From the NCBI GenBank assembly GCA_963802185.1, contig CAWDHU010000008.1, positions 12,359 to 76,358 of the forward strand: a stretch of 64,000 nt of DNA, in the 5' to 3' direction. The position numbers and the translations under genes were made by a program. The notes under the pieces are model-generated. The model saw nothing but the letters and a program-made list of their open reading frames with translations, did no database searches and was not told the origin of the DNA. The DNA is from an uncultured Bacteroidales bacterium (GTDB lineage Bacteria; Bacteroidota; Bacteroidia; Bacteroidales; UBA4417). Shown here in pieces: positions 37,342 through 45,798 of this stretch (positions within the stretch are counted from its first letter, which is position 1; each line of letters starts with the position of its first letter).

Positions 37342-40104
37342 ATGAAAAAAACAGTACTTGCTGTATTTCTGCTTTGTTCAGTTGCAGCTTTTTCGCAAAA
37401 ACCAGATTCTGTTGCCAAAGAAAGCTGGCAGAATATCTATCGCGCCACCGAAACAAAATTCAACGACTTGGTGCATACCAAACTCGATGTGAGTTTCGAT
37501 TATGCCAACTCATGGATGTATGGCAAGGCCTGGATTACGCTGCATCCGCATTTTTATGCTACCGATTCGTTACAGCTCGATGCAAAAGCAATGAACATCA
37601 GCGAAGTATCGCTGGTTAAAGCTGGCAAACGTATTCCACTCAAATATTCGTACGACAGCCTGAGCCTCTTCATTACACTCGACAGGATGTATAAAGGAGG
37701 CGAAAACTATACGGTTTTTATAAAGTATATTGCCAAACCGGATGATGCTGGATTAAGAAAAAAAGCGGCAGCTTTTGAATCCAAAGGCTTGAATTTTATA
37801 AATCCGAAGGGAGAAGATAAAGAAAAACCTGTTCAGATCTGGACGCAGGGCGAAACCGAGTCGAACTCGGGCTGGTTTCCCACCATTGATAAGCCCAACC
37901 AGAAAACCACGGATGAAATCAGCATGACAGTTCCTGCCAGGTACCAGACCTTATCGAACGGCATATTGGCAAGTCAGAAGAAAAATACCGACGGAACCCG
38001 TACCGATACCTGGAAAATGACACTGCCTCATGCTCCTTATCTTGTGATGATGGCTGTGGGAGAGTTTTCAATTGTGAAGGACAGCTATAAAGGCAAGGAA
38101 GTAAGCTATTATGTTGAAAAGGAATATGCAGCTGTTGCCAGGCAGATATTTGGCTTAACACCCGAAATGATCGCGTTTTTTTCGCGGATAACCGGCGTTG
38201 ATTATCCCTGGCCAAAATATGCACAGGTTGTGTGCAGGGAATTTGGCGGTGCCATGGAAAATACCACGGCCACCATACATGCCGAAGAAGCACAGCAGGA
38301 TGCAAGGCAGCTGCTGGACGAAAACAGCTGGGAAACCACCGTTGCCCACGAGCTGTTTCATATGTGGTGTGGCGATTACGTTACAACCGAAAGCTGGAGT
38401 AACATTACACTCAACGAGTCGTGGGCCGATGTAAGCGAAACACTGTGGATGGAATATAAATACGGCAAGGATGCCGGCGACGAGCGCAACTACAACGGGA
38501 TGCAGAATTACCTGCAAAGCGGCAGCGAGAAAAAGGACCTGGTCCGTTTTTATTACAAGGATAAGCAGCAGGTATTTGATGCAGTAAGCTACAAAAAAGG
38601 AGGCCGTATACTTAATATGCTCAGGTACTATGTAGGTGACAGCGCCTTTTACAAATCACTGAACCTCTATTTAAAAACAAAGAAATTTCAGTCGGCTGAA
38701 GCCCAGGACCTGCGGCTTGCCTTCGAGGAAGTTACCGGCGAGGATCTGAACTGGTACTGGAACCAATGGTATTATGGCAGCGGCCATCCGAAACTGGATA
38801 TCAGCTATGAGTATGCACCCGACGGTAAGACAGTTAAAGTTTTTATAAAGCAAACTCAGCCTGACAAGGTTTTCCGTTTCAGGATTGCCGTGGATATATA
38901 CCAGGGTGGAGATAAGAAACGGTATTATGAGTGGGTGGACCAGGCTGCCGACACTCTTACTTTTGCAACAGCCTCGAAACCGGAACTGGTTAATGTGGAT
39001 GGGGAAAAGATACTGCTCTGCCAGAAAGAAGATCATAAAACCATAGATAATTTCATCTTTCAGTACACAAATGCAGGCACATATGTCGACCGGCGCGAAG
39101 CCATCGACTATGCGGCAGCGAAACAGGGAGAAGATCCAAAGGCTTTAAACCTCCTAAAAACTGCCCTGAATGATAGGTACCCGGGTCTAAGGATTTATGC
39201 CATGCGCAAGCTAAATACCAGGAATGATACTGTTAAAGCTGCTTTTGAACCATTGCTGGTTACCCTGGCTGAAAAAGATCCGAAATCGTTGGTGAGGGCC
39301 GAGGCTATTGCAGTGCTGGGCAAGTACAAAAATGATATATATAAACCTGTATTTTTAAAAGGGATGAATGATTCTTCCTATACCATTGCTGGCAATGCCC
39401 TGATGGCACTAAGTGCCATCGACAGTGTGGCAGCATTTGAACAGGCCAGGAAATTATCGGCTCAGCATGTAAAAGGCATGCTTGCGGATGCCATTAGCAA
39501 TTTAATGTATAAGTATGCCAGTGAAAGTGATTTTGATAACCTGGCTAAGCAGTTTGATAATCTTCCTCTGGGAAATGAAAAGTTTATGAAGCTTCAGCAA
39601 TTTGCTGAATTTCTGAAAGGAGTTAAGAATACGGATAATTTCAGGAAGGGCATCGATATTATTGTGAGTTTCCGCGAGTCCATCCCGGAGGCATACAGAG
39701 ATCAGACTTTCCCCTATATTAACGGCATGATATTAAACGGTATAGCTACCGCAAAGCAATCGGAAGGCCTGGCCGAACATGCTGACTATGTACGTTCGAA
39801 ACTACCGGTTAACCCGGTAACTACTGCAGTTTTTGAAGTTCCGGCTGAAGTTCTTCAAAAATATGCCGGTGAGTATGAGTTGAACGGGGCCATTATTAAA
39901 GTGGTACTGAAGGACGATAAAACCCTGACCCTGGTTTCGGACAACGGACCCGCCATGGAGTTAGTAGCGATATCAAATACTGATTTTAACGTTAAATACA
40001 TGGAAGGCATTTCTGTTAAATTTGCCATGAATGAAGAGGATAAAGCAACTGAGATGACATTGACTACGCCAGGTGGTGAGATGAAGGCAAGCAGGAAGAA
40101 ATAA
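37342..40104 (+). CDS. M1 family aminopeptidase (aminopeptidase N-like) with C-terminal HEAT/ARM-like region
   Basis: Signal peptide, GAMENTT exopeptidase motif, HELFHMWCGDYVTTESWSNITLNESWA (HExxH-x18-E). Confidence 0.9.
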   Translation: MKKTVLAVFLLCSVAAFSQKPDSVAKESWQNIYRATETKFNDLVHTKLDVSFDYANSWMYGKAWITLHPHFYATDSLQLDAKAMNISEVSLVKAGKRIPLKYSYDSLSLFITLDRMYKGGENYTVFIKYIAKPDDAGLRKKAAAFESKGLNFINPKGEDKEKPVQIWTQGETESNSGWFPTIDKPNQKTTDEISMTVPARYQTLSNGILASQKKNTDGTRTDTWKMTLPHAPYLVMMAVGEFSIVKDSYKGKEVSYYVEKEYAAVARQIFGLTPEMIAFFSRITGVDYPWPKYAQVVCREFGGAMENTTATIHAEEAQQDARQLLDENSWETTVAHELFHMWCGDYVTTESWSNITLNESWADVSETLWMEYKYGKDAGDERNYNGMQNYLQSGSEKKDLVRFYYKDKQQVFDAVSYKKGGRILNMLRYYVGDSAFYKSLNLYLKTKKFQSAEAQDLRLAFEEVTGEDLNWYWNQWYYGSGHPKLDISYEYAPDGKTVKVFIKQTQPDKVFRFRIAVDIYQGGDKKRYYEWVDQAADTLTFATASKPELVNVDGEKILLCQKEDHKTIDNFIFQYTNAGTYVDRREAIDYAAAKQGEDPKALNLLKTALNDRYPGLRIYAMRKLNTRNDTVKAAFEPLLVTLAEKDPKSLVRAEAIAVLGKYKNDIYKPVFLKGMNDSSYTIAGNALMALSAIDSVAAFEQARKLSAQHVKGMLADAISNLMYKYASESDFDNLAKQFDNLPLGNEKFMKLQQFAEFLKGVKNTDNFRKGIDIIVSFRESIPEAYRDQTFPYINGMILNGIATAKQSEGLAEHADYVRSKLPVNPVTTAVFEVPAEVLQKYAGEYELNGAIIKVVLKDDKTLTLVSDNGPAMELVAISNTDFNVKYMEGISVKFAMNEEDKATEMTLTTPGGEMKASRKK

Positions 40105-40117
40105 AAGATTGTCTTTA

Positions 40118-40170
40118 CATTAGGCATATTAAGTTACCTATTGTGACCTATGTGCCTAATGTGGTTTATT
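40118..40170 (+). terminator. hairpin downstream of the aminopeptidase gene (weak terminator candidate)
   Basis: CATTAGGCATAT (40118-40129) pairs with ATGTGCCTAATG (40150-40161): 12 bp including one G-U, with a 20-nt loop. It is followed by TGGTTTATT, which is not a clean T-run. Confidence 0.35.
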
Positions 40171-40199
40171 GAGTTTATTGGTGACTAAAACCAGGAAGT

Positions 40200-40352
40200 A
40201 TGTCAATATGGAGAGTAATATTATGCATCATTTTCCCGCCACTAGCGGTAATAGACAAGGGTTGCGGCTCGGTGCTGATCGTATTCCTTTTAACACTCTG
40301 TGCATGGGTGCCGGGAGTTATCGGGGCATTGATTATCTGCAACAGGCGGTAA
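40200..40352 (+). CDS. Pmp3/YqaE (UPF0057) family small membrane protein, absent from the ORF track
   Basis: ATG 40200 to TAA 40350-40352 encodes MSIWRVILCIIFPPLAVIDKGCGSVLIVFLLTLCAWVPGVIGALIICNRR (50 aa). The pattern I.FPPLAV...G....L.N..LTL.GW.PG.I.A is the Pmp3 signature. The 69-aa track ORF 40169-40378 is in a different frame. Confidence 0.8.
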   Translation: MSIWRVILCIIFPPLAVIDKGCGSVLIVFLLTLCAWVPGVIGALIICNRR

Positions 40353-40473
40353 AAAAACCAGTCAGATTGATGGCATAATTGCTCAATATCAACAGATCTG
40401 GTAACTTGTATATTTAAAGCCCGGAATCACTTATTTGATAGTTTGATACCTGTACTTTCTAAAACCAGGGGAA

Positions 40474-41016
40474 ATGGAAAAAATCAAACAATACCTGCTT
40501 AGTAAAAACGGAATCCTGTTTATCTTATGGGGATGGATTTGGTTAATCGTTTATTTGAGTGAATATATTGTAGGAAGTCTTCAATTTTCATTTCATTTGG
40601 AGCAGTTTAAGCATGTTTTATCCATTTCTTTACCAGTGCTTGGATTTGGATTTACCGTGCTCTATATCTACTGGTTTTACAAAATTGAATTTACTGCCAA
40701 TTACCGCCTGGTAATTATTGTATGGTTATCAGTACTTGTCACCCAGATCCTGATTAACCTGATACAATTCAATATTCTTCACAAGATCATTTTCCAGCTC
40801 CAGCATCCCATTTTTATGGTGGTAATTGCTGCCGGCATACTCATTACCGGATACGTACTAAAGTATAAGCTGATCATAAGCGGGGGCATTATTTTCGCAG
40901 GATTAGCCTTGCTGTGTTCATACTTTAATCTGCACGAACAGTTGCTGATTGAAGCTATTGCATGGCTTATTGCATTTATTATCCCGGGTCATATTATAGC
41001 TTTGAAGCATGAATAA
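40474..41016 (+). CDS. hypothetical polytopic membrane protein
   Basis: 180 aa with 5-6 hydrophobic helices. No family recognised. Confidence 0.6.
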   Translation: MEKIKQYLLSKNGILFILWGWIWLIVYLSEYIVGSLQFSFHLEQFKHVLSISLPVLGFGFTVLYIYWFYKIEFTANYRLVIIVWLSVLVTQILINLIQFNILHKIIFQLQHPIFMVVIAAGILITGYVLKYKLIISGGIIFAGLALLCSYFNLHEQLLIEAIAWLIAFIIPGHIIALKHE

Positions 41017-41098
41017 GCTTGCTTTGTGGCAAATTCAAGCTGATTTTGAGATAACATTCAAAGTCCTGCAAGGGAGTATAATCCTTAATCGGGAAACA

Positions 41099-41141
41099 GT
41101 AAAAAAAATAAAGCCCGGAAGGGAATAAACCCCGCCAGGCT
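41099..41141 (-). terminator. intrinsic terminator of the minus-strand adhesin gene
   Basis: On the minus strand, AGCCTGGCGGGG - TTTATT - CCCTTCCGGGCT forms a 12-bp stem (1 mismatch, 2 G-U), followed by TTATTTTTTTT. Confidence 0.65.
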
Positions 41142-41170
41142 GTATTAAAATATTAGATTGAGAATAAGAA

Positions 41171-43240
41171 CTACCGGATAACTATCTTTTTTACCAAATT
41201 AGTTGAACCTTCCTGGGCCTGTATAAAATATACTCCGGGTGCAAGTTTGGTATCAAGGGTAGTTGCCTTACTGCCGTGTACAGTGGATTTATACATTTCA
41301 TGACCTGTTACATCAAGAATCCTGAGATTTACTTTTGGACTCAAGCCATTTAAGGTTACGGTGAAAGTGCCGGTGCCAGGCGATGGATATACCGTCATTC
41401 CGGGGGCAGCACTCTTGCTGGGTATACCGGTTGAAATTGCAACTGTTGTTGATTTAACTGCTGACCATCCACCTTCGCCGCAAGCGTTTATGGCTTTAAC
41501 ACTTACATCAGCAACTCCCAGGAAACCACTGTTCCATGTTACAGTAGCTGTAGCACCCGTACCGGAAATGCTTCCGGCTCCGGCAGGACTGAGTTCCCAT
41601 TGATAGGAATCAGCATTTGAAACGGCAGCTGAAGTGTAGTCAGTTGTAGATGAATATATTAGATCAATATTATCCGGGCCAGTAATGGATGCGGCTATAC
41701 CAGGAAATAATTCAACTGTTATTGCACTGGTTTGTAATGAACCATTGCCACAGGACGTGGATGGCGTTACCTGAACATTACCACCGGCTGTTCCTACGGT
41801 TGCTGTGATTGAATTTGTACCCTGTCCGGCGGTAACTGACCAGCCTGCAGGTACAACCCAGGAATAGGTAACCCCGGCTACATTTGTAGTTGAATAGGTT
41901 TGCGACGAGCCCTGGCAGGGAGATGCTAATCCGGTAATAGCAGTAGGTTGAGCTGGAACAAGATTTACAGTTGTTGCCAATGTTCTTGCTGTTCCGTTGC
42001 CACAGGTATTCGAAGGAGTTACCTGTACATTACCTGCAGCTGTTCCTACAGTTGCTGTAAGCGAATTTGATCCCTGTCCGGCAGTAATTGACCAGCCTGC
42101 AGGAACTACCCAGGTGTATGTTATACCAGCCACATTTGTAACTGAGTAGTTTTGCGACGAGCCCTGGCAGGGAGTTGCTGATCCGGTAATTGCAGTAGGT
42201 TGAGCTGGAACAAGATTTACAGTTGTTGCCAATGTTCTTGCTGTTCCGTTGCCACAGGTATTCGAAGGAGTTACCTGTACATTACCTGCAGCTGTTCCTA
42301 CAGTTGCTGTAAGCGAATTTGATCCCTGTCCGGCAGTAATTGACCAGCCTGCAGGAACTACCCAGGTGTATGTTATACCAGCCACATTTGTAACTGAGTA
42401 GTTTTGCGACGAGCCCTGGCAGGGAGTTGCTGCCCCGGTAATAGCAGCCGGCTGGGCAGGTACAGTCCCAACTGTGACAGCCAGATTACCGGCAGTTCCG
42501 TTGCCTGATCCATTGGTACCATAAACACTAATATTGCCGGAAACAGCATTAGCACTAAAACTTACAGTAATGGCTGTAGTTCCCTGGCCGGCAGTAATGG
42601 TGGCTCCTGCAGGAACTGACCATACATAACCTGTTGCACCGCTGATTGCTCCTACTGAATAGTTTCCTGACGAATTAGAACAAACGCTTTTTGATCCTGT
42701 TATAGCACCGGCGGCAGCGGGAGGAGATGCGCTGTTTTCGGATACCACAAGCGTACTGAGTGTAGTAGACCCTGAATAACCACGTGCAAATGCACCATAA
42801 AAAGTCACACTACCGGTGCCTGCAGCGGGAGCGGTCCAGGAAAATGTCCATGTTTTGGTGCTGGAACTGGCACTGGAATGGGTAATATATTTCCCCGAGC
42901 CTACCAACTTACTGTTGGTACCTGTGGTAAGTGTACCCAGTAGTGTACCGGTGCTATTCTGAGGTGAAATCTCGTACCCGTATTTTCCGGAACCAGCCAT
43001 ATTATTAGTAGCAGTTATTTGGTAAGCCTGGCCAGGAGTATACCCTGCCGCAGGAATGTCGGATGTTATCCATCCTGCCGTGGTTGTAGCAGCTGCTCCA
43101 TGGCATGATGAGCAGTTAGATCCGTCGCCTGGAGAACCGGTGTAACCGGCAGGTGCTCCGGACGGATAAAATGCAGCAAAACCGGATAACAAAACTACGG
43201 ATGCTATAATCGCAAAAGCAAGAAAGTTGATTTTTTTCAT
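41171..43240 (-). CDS. T9SS-sorted surface protein with N-terminal CxxCH-containing domain and multiple PKD-like repeats
   Basis: Signal peptide MKKINFLAFAIIASVVLLSG (ATG 43240; the track start 43354 is upstream). GSPGDGSNCSSCHG motif. At least 5 repeats of ITG....C.GSS..YSV..V.G.TY.W.VPAGW.ITAGQG.NS.T.TVG. C-terminus: VYPSPGTGTFTVTL..ILDVTGHEM..LAPGVYFIQA. Confidence 0.85.
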   Translation of the reverse strand: MKKINFLAFAIIASVVLLSGFAAFYPSGAPAGYTGSPGDGSNCSSCHGAAATTTAGWITSDIPAAGYTPGQAYQITATNNMAGSGKYGYEISPQNSTGTLLGTLTTGTNSKLVGSGKYITHSSASSSTKTWTFSWTAPAAGTGSVTFYGAFARGYSGSTTLSTLVVSENSASPPAAAGAITGSKSVCSNSSGNYSVGAISGATGYVWSVPAGATITAGQGTTAITVSFSANAVSGNISVYGTNGSGNGTAGNLAVTVGTVPAQPAAITGAATPCQGSSQNYSVTNVAGITYTWVVPAGWSITAGQGSNSLTATVGTAAGNVQVTPSNTCGNGTARTLATTVNLVPAQPTAITGSATPCQGSSQNYSVTNVAGITYTWVVPAGWSITAGQGSNSLTATVGTAAGNVQVTPSNTCGNGTARTLATTVNLVPAQPTAITGLASPCQGSSQTYSTTNVAGVTYSWVVPAGWSVTAGQGTNSITATVGTAGGNVQVTPSTSCGNGSLQTSAITVELFPGIAASITGPDNIDLIYSSTTDYTSAAVSNADSYQWELSPAGAGSISGTGATATVTWNSGFLGVADVSVKAINACGEGGWSAVKSTTVAISTGIPSKSAAPGMTVYPSPGTGTFTVTLNGLSPKVNLRILDVTGHEMYKSTVHGSKATTLDTKLAPGVYFIQAQEGSTNLVKKIVIR
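41941..42432 (-). repeat. tandem 252-nt coding duplication, identical over 240 nt
   Basis: 41941-42180 equals 42193-42432 base for base by my reading; the 12-nt linkers differ slightly. Diverged copies flank on both sides. Each unit encodes one 84-aa PKD-like repeat. Confidence 0.9.
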
Positions 43241-43849
43241 GATGTTGAATTTTAGATTGTGAGTAAATAGTATTTGTTTGAGTGAATTAGTTAAAGAAGT
43301 CGTACGGTTTAAACTATGCGGCAGGTAAGTAGTATTTGAAGTCTGACAAAGCATTACCTACTAATGCATATATTTAGTTTAGTGTATGTCAAATTTAATG
43401 ATAGCACTCTGGTTTAGTGCGATAATTTCATAAAAATAGTCCTGTCAAAATGCTATTTCGCATTCCGGTAAGGGTTTACCTGATTGTGCCATGAAAAAAC
43501 TCAATGGTTTTGCAGTAAAAATAATTTACGTCTTTACTAAAATATTGATTTGTTAAGCTGGTATTAATGCCACGAACTGTAGAACACCTATCCTGAAACA
43601 ATGAATAATGAGAGAAGCTACATAATTCAAATGGAACGAGTATTAGGCTATTATTCATTACTAATAAATACAGTCTCTAATTTCAATTGTATTGTTTTCG
43701 ATATACTCCCTACCCTACTTTTACCATTATGGTCGATATTCAGGTACTCTTAAAACCCGATTGAATCCTTCAAGTGAGTTAATACCTTCGGGTGATTAAA
43801 TTTCATTAAATTCATATTGCTTTCATTTCAATTATTTCATACCTTTGAG

Positions 43850-43857
43850 ATAAAAAA
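43850..43857 (+). promoter_or_regulatory. Bacteroidota -7 box candidate (TACCTTTG)
   Basis: Matches TAnnTTTG, 52 nt upstream of ATG 43909. Confidence 0.3.
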
Positions 43858-43908
43858 AATACAAAAACAGCAGCAGGACCAAATTTTGACATTAAAAAAT
43901 TACTCTAT

Positions 43909-44199
43909 ATGGAAATATTTATCGCATCACGCCTCACTGCAGGAAATAAAGTTTTTCCTTCTCAAATCATTGTTGATCAGGATGGGATAACATTAAAAAT
44001 CCCAGGCCTGTTCAGTGGCAATGAAAAAACCATTCCTTTCACTCGGATCTCTTCAGTGAACATAATCAACCCTTTAATTGGCTACTCGACCATTAATATC
44101 GAAACCACCGGCGAAGGAAGTATTAAAGCACATGGTTTTACAAAAAGTGAAGTAATAAGAATTAAAGAACTGATTCTTGCAAAGATTAATATTGTGTGA
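43909..44199 (+). CDS. small bacterial PH-domain-like protein
   Basis: 96 aa. ..IIVDQDGITLKIPGLFSGNEKTIPFTRISSVNIINPLIGYSTINIETTGEGSIKAHGFTKSEVIRIKELI resembles bPH_2-type membrane-less PH domains. Confidence 0.6.
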   Translation: MEIFIASRLTAGNKVFPSQIIVDQDGITLKIPGLFSGNEKTIPFTRISSVNIINPLIGYSTINIETTGEGSIKAHGFTKSEVIRIKELILAKINIV

Positions 44200-44300
44200 A
44201 AATATTTTTCATTTTAATAGCCTGTTTTACTGCCATGAACATTTAAGTGATCAACCTGGCAATAAGACATCAAGATAATTTATATAAAAATCTATACCAT

Positions 44301-44669
44301 ATGAGAGTTTTAATCGCTGAAGATGATCTGATGAATCAAATGCTTATGGGAAAGTATATGCGTATGTTGGGATGGGAGCATACTATTGTAGCTAACGGTT
44401 TACTGGCTGTTGAAGCCTGCACTTCAGGGAATTATGATGCTGTATTAATGGATATTGAAATGCCGGAACTTGATGGCATACAAGCCACAAGAAACATCAG
44501 ATCATTTAACCAGGTAATTCCGATAATAGCGGTTACTGCTTACGCCAATGAAAAAAATAAAAACGAATGTACCCACGCCGGAATGAATGCTTTTCTGGCC
44601 AAACCAGTAACACCGGATGTAATCAAGGCTATTATTACAGGATTTATTGCTCCTGGCTTGCCTGGTTAA
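44301..44669 (+). CDS. stand-alone response regulator receiver protein
   Basis: MRVLIAEDD...DAVLMDIEMPELDGIQATRNIR...IIAVTAYA...AGMNAFLAKP. The track start 44247 is GTG; ATG 44301 gives the canonical receiver N-terminus. Confidence 0.9.
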   Translation: MRVLIAEDDLMNQMLMGKYMRMLGWEHTIVANGLLAVEACTSGNYDAVLMDIEMPELDGIQATRNIRSFNQVIPIIAVTAYANEKNKNECTHAGMNAFLAKPVTPDVIKAIITGFIAPGLPG

Positions 44670-44839
44670 AACTGATAATAAGTCTTTCATATAGTTTTCT
44701 TCCCCTACCCTGACCCCGGCTTATTCTTTTTGCGTCAGGTATAAAATCAGCAACATCGGAATTCCATTTTACCCCTACTATTAGAGGAAGATAAACCGTT
44801 AACTTCATCCCAGCATATATCAAAAGGTGAAAAATTTAC

Positions 44840-44847
44840 TAACTTTG
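44840..44847 (+). promoter_or_regulatory. Bacteroidota -7 box candidate (TAACTTTG)
   Basis: Matches TAnnTTTG, 43 nt upstream of ATG 44890. Confidence 0.3.
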
Positions 44848-44889
44848 GTAAAGATTGATGCCCGCAATTCACAATATAAAATTTGATTT

Positions 44890-45663
44890 ATGAAAATACA
44901 GTACTGCTCCGACCTTCACCTTGAATTCCCTGAGAACGAAACCTTTCTTAAATCCAATCCTTTAAAACCGGACGGCGATATACTCATACTTGCAGGCGAT
45001 ATTGTTCCCTTTGCGGTTATGGATAAGCATCCGGATTTTTTCGATTACCTGGCTGATAATTTTGAAACAACATACTGGTTACCGGGCAACCACGAATATT
45101 ATCATTCGGATGTCTCGGAACGAAGCGGGGTACTCAACGAGAAAATCAGGAGTAATTTAGTGCTCATTAACAATCAGTCAGTTTCGATACACAACACCAG
45201 GCTTATCTTTTCGACCTTATGGTCATATATTTCTCCTTCAAATGAATACAGGATAAATAAGAATATGTCCGATTTTCATGTTATATCTTACCAGGGCCAA
45301 CCTTTTTCGACGGATGTTTTCAACCTGTTGCACATAGAAAGCAAAGCCTTCCTGGTTTCGGCCTTACGGGATAAAAAAGAAGATTTTAAAACGATAGTTG
45401 TATCGCATCATGTACCTACACTTACCAATTATCCTGAAAGATATAGCGGGAGCAAGCTAAACGAGGCTTTTGTTGTTGAACTGTCGGATCTGATTAAAGA
45501 TTCGGAAATTGATTACTGGATGTATGGACATACCCATGCCAATACTGCCGATTTCGAGGTGGGGAAAACCCGTATGCTGACCAACCAGCTGGGTTATATT
45601 GAATACAATGAGCATCAATATTTTGATATATCCCGAACGATTTCTATTGGAGAAAAAGGCTGA
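44890..45663 (+). CDS. metallophosphoesterase (calcineurin-like)
   Basis: YCSDLHLE, LILAGDI, LPGNHEYY, VSHHVP, YGHTH. This is the complete metallophosphoesterase motif set. Confidence 0.9.
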   Translation: MKIQYCSDLHLEFPENETFLKSNPLKPDGDILILAGDIVPFAVMDKHPDFFDYLADNFETTYWLPGNHEYYHSDVSERSGVLNEKIRSNLVLINNQSVSIHNTRLIFSTLWSYISPSNEYRINKNMSDFHVISYQGQPFSTDVFNLLHIESKAFLVSALRDKKEDFKTIVVSHHVPTLTNYPERYSGSKLNEAFVVELSDLIKDSEIDYWMYGHTHANTADFEVGKTRMLTNQLGYIEYNEHQYFDISRTISIGEKG

Positions 45664-45798
45664 CTGCCCTGAGATTTCGGTTTGCAAATTCAACAGCAGA
45701 AATGTTCTTTTATAATTATCAGACGTTTCTCATTAATCCGCGTATGGCCTGCGTAAAAATTGTTACTTTTATTTCCCTGTTATCCAAAAATATTTGAG

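Noticed and set aside
40169-40378. 69-aa track ORF
   Set aside because: It is in a different frame from the 50-codon Pmp3/YqaE gene (40200-40352), which has a clear family signature. The 69-aa product has none.
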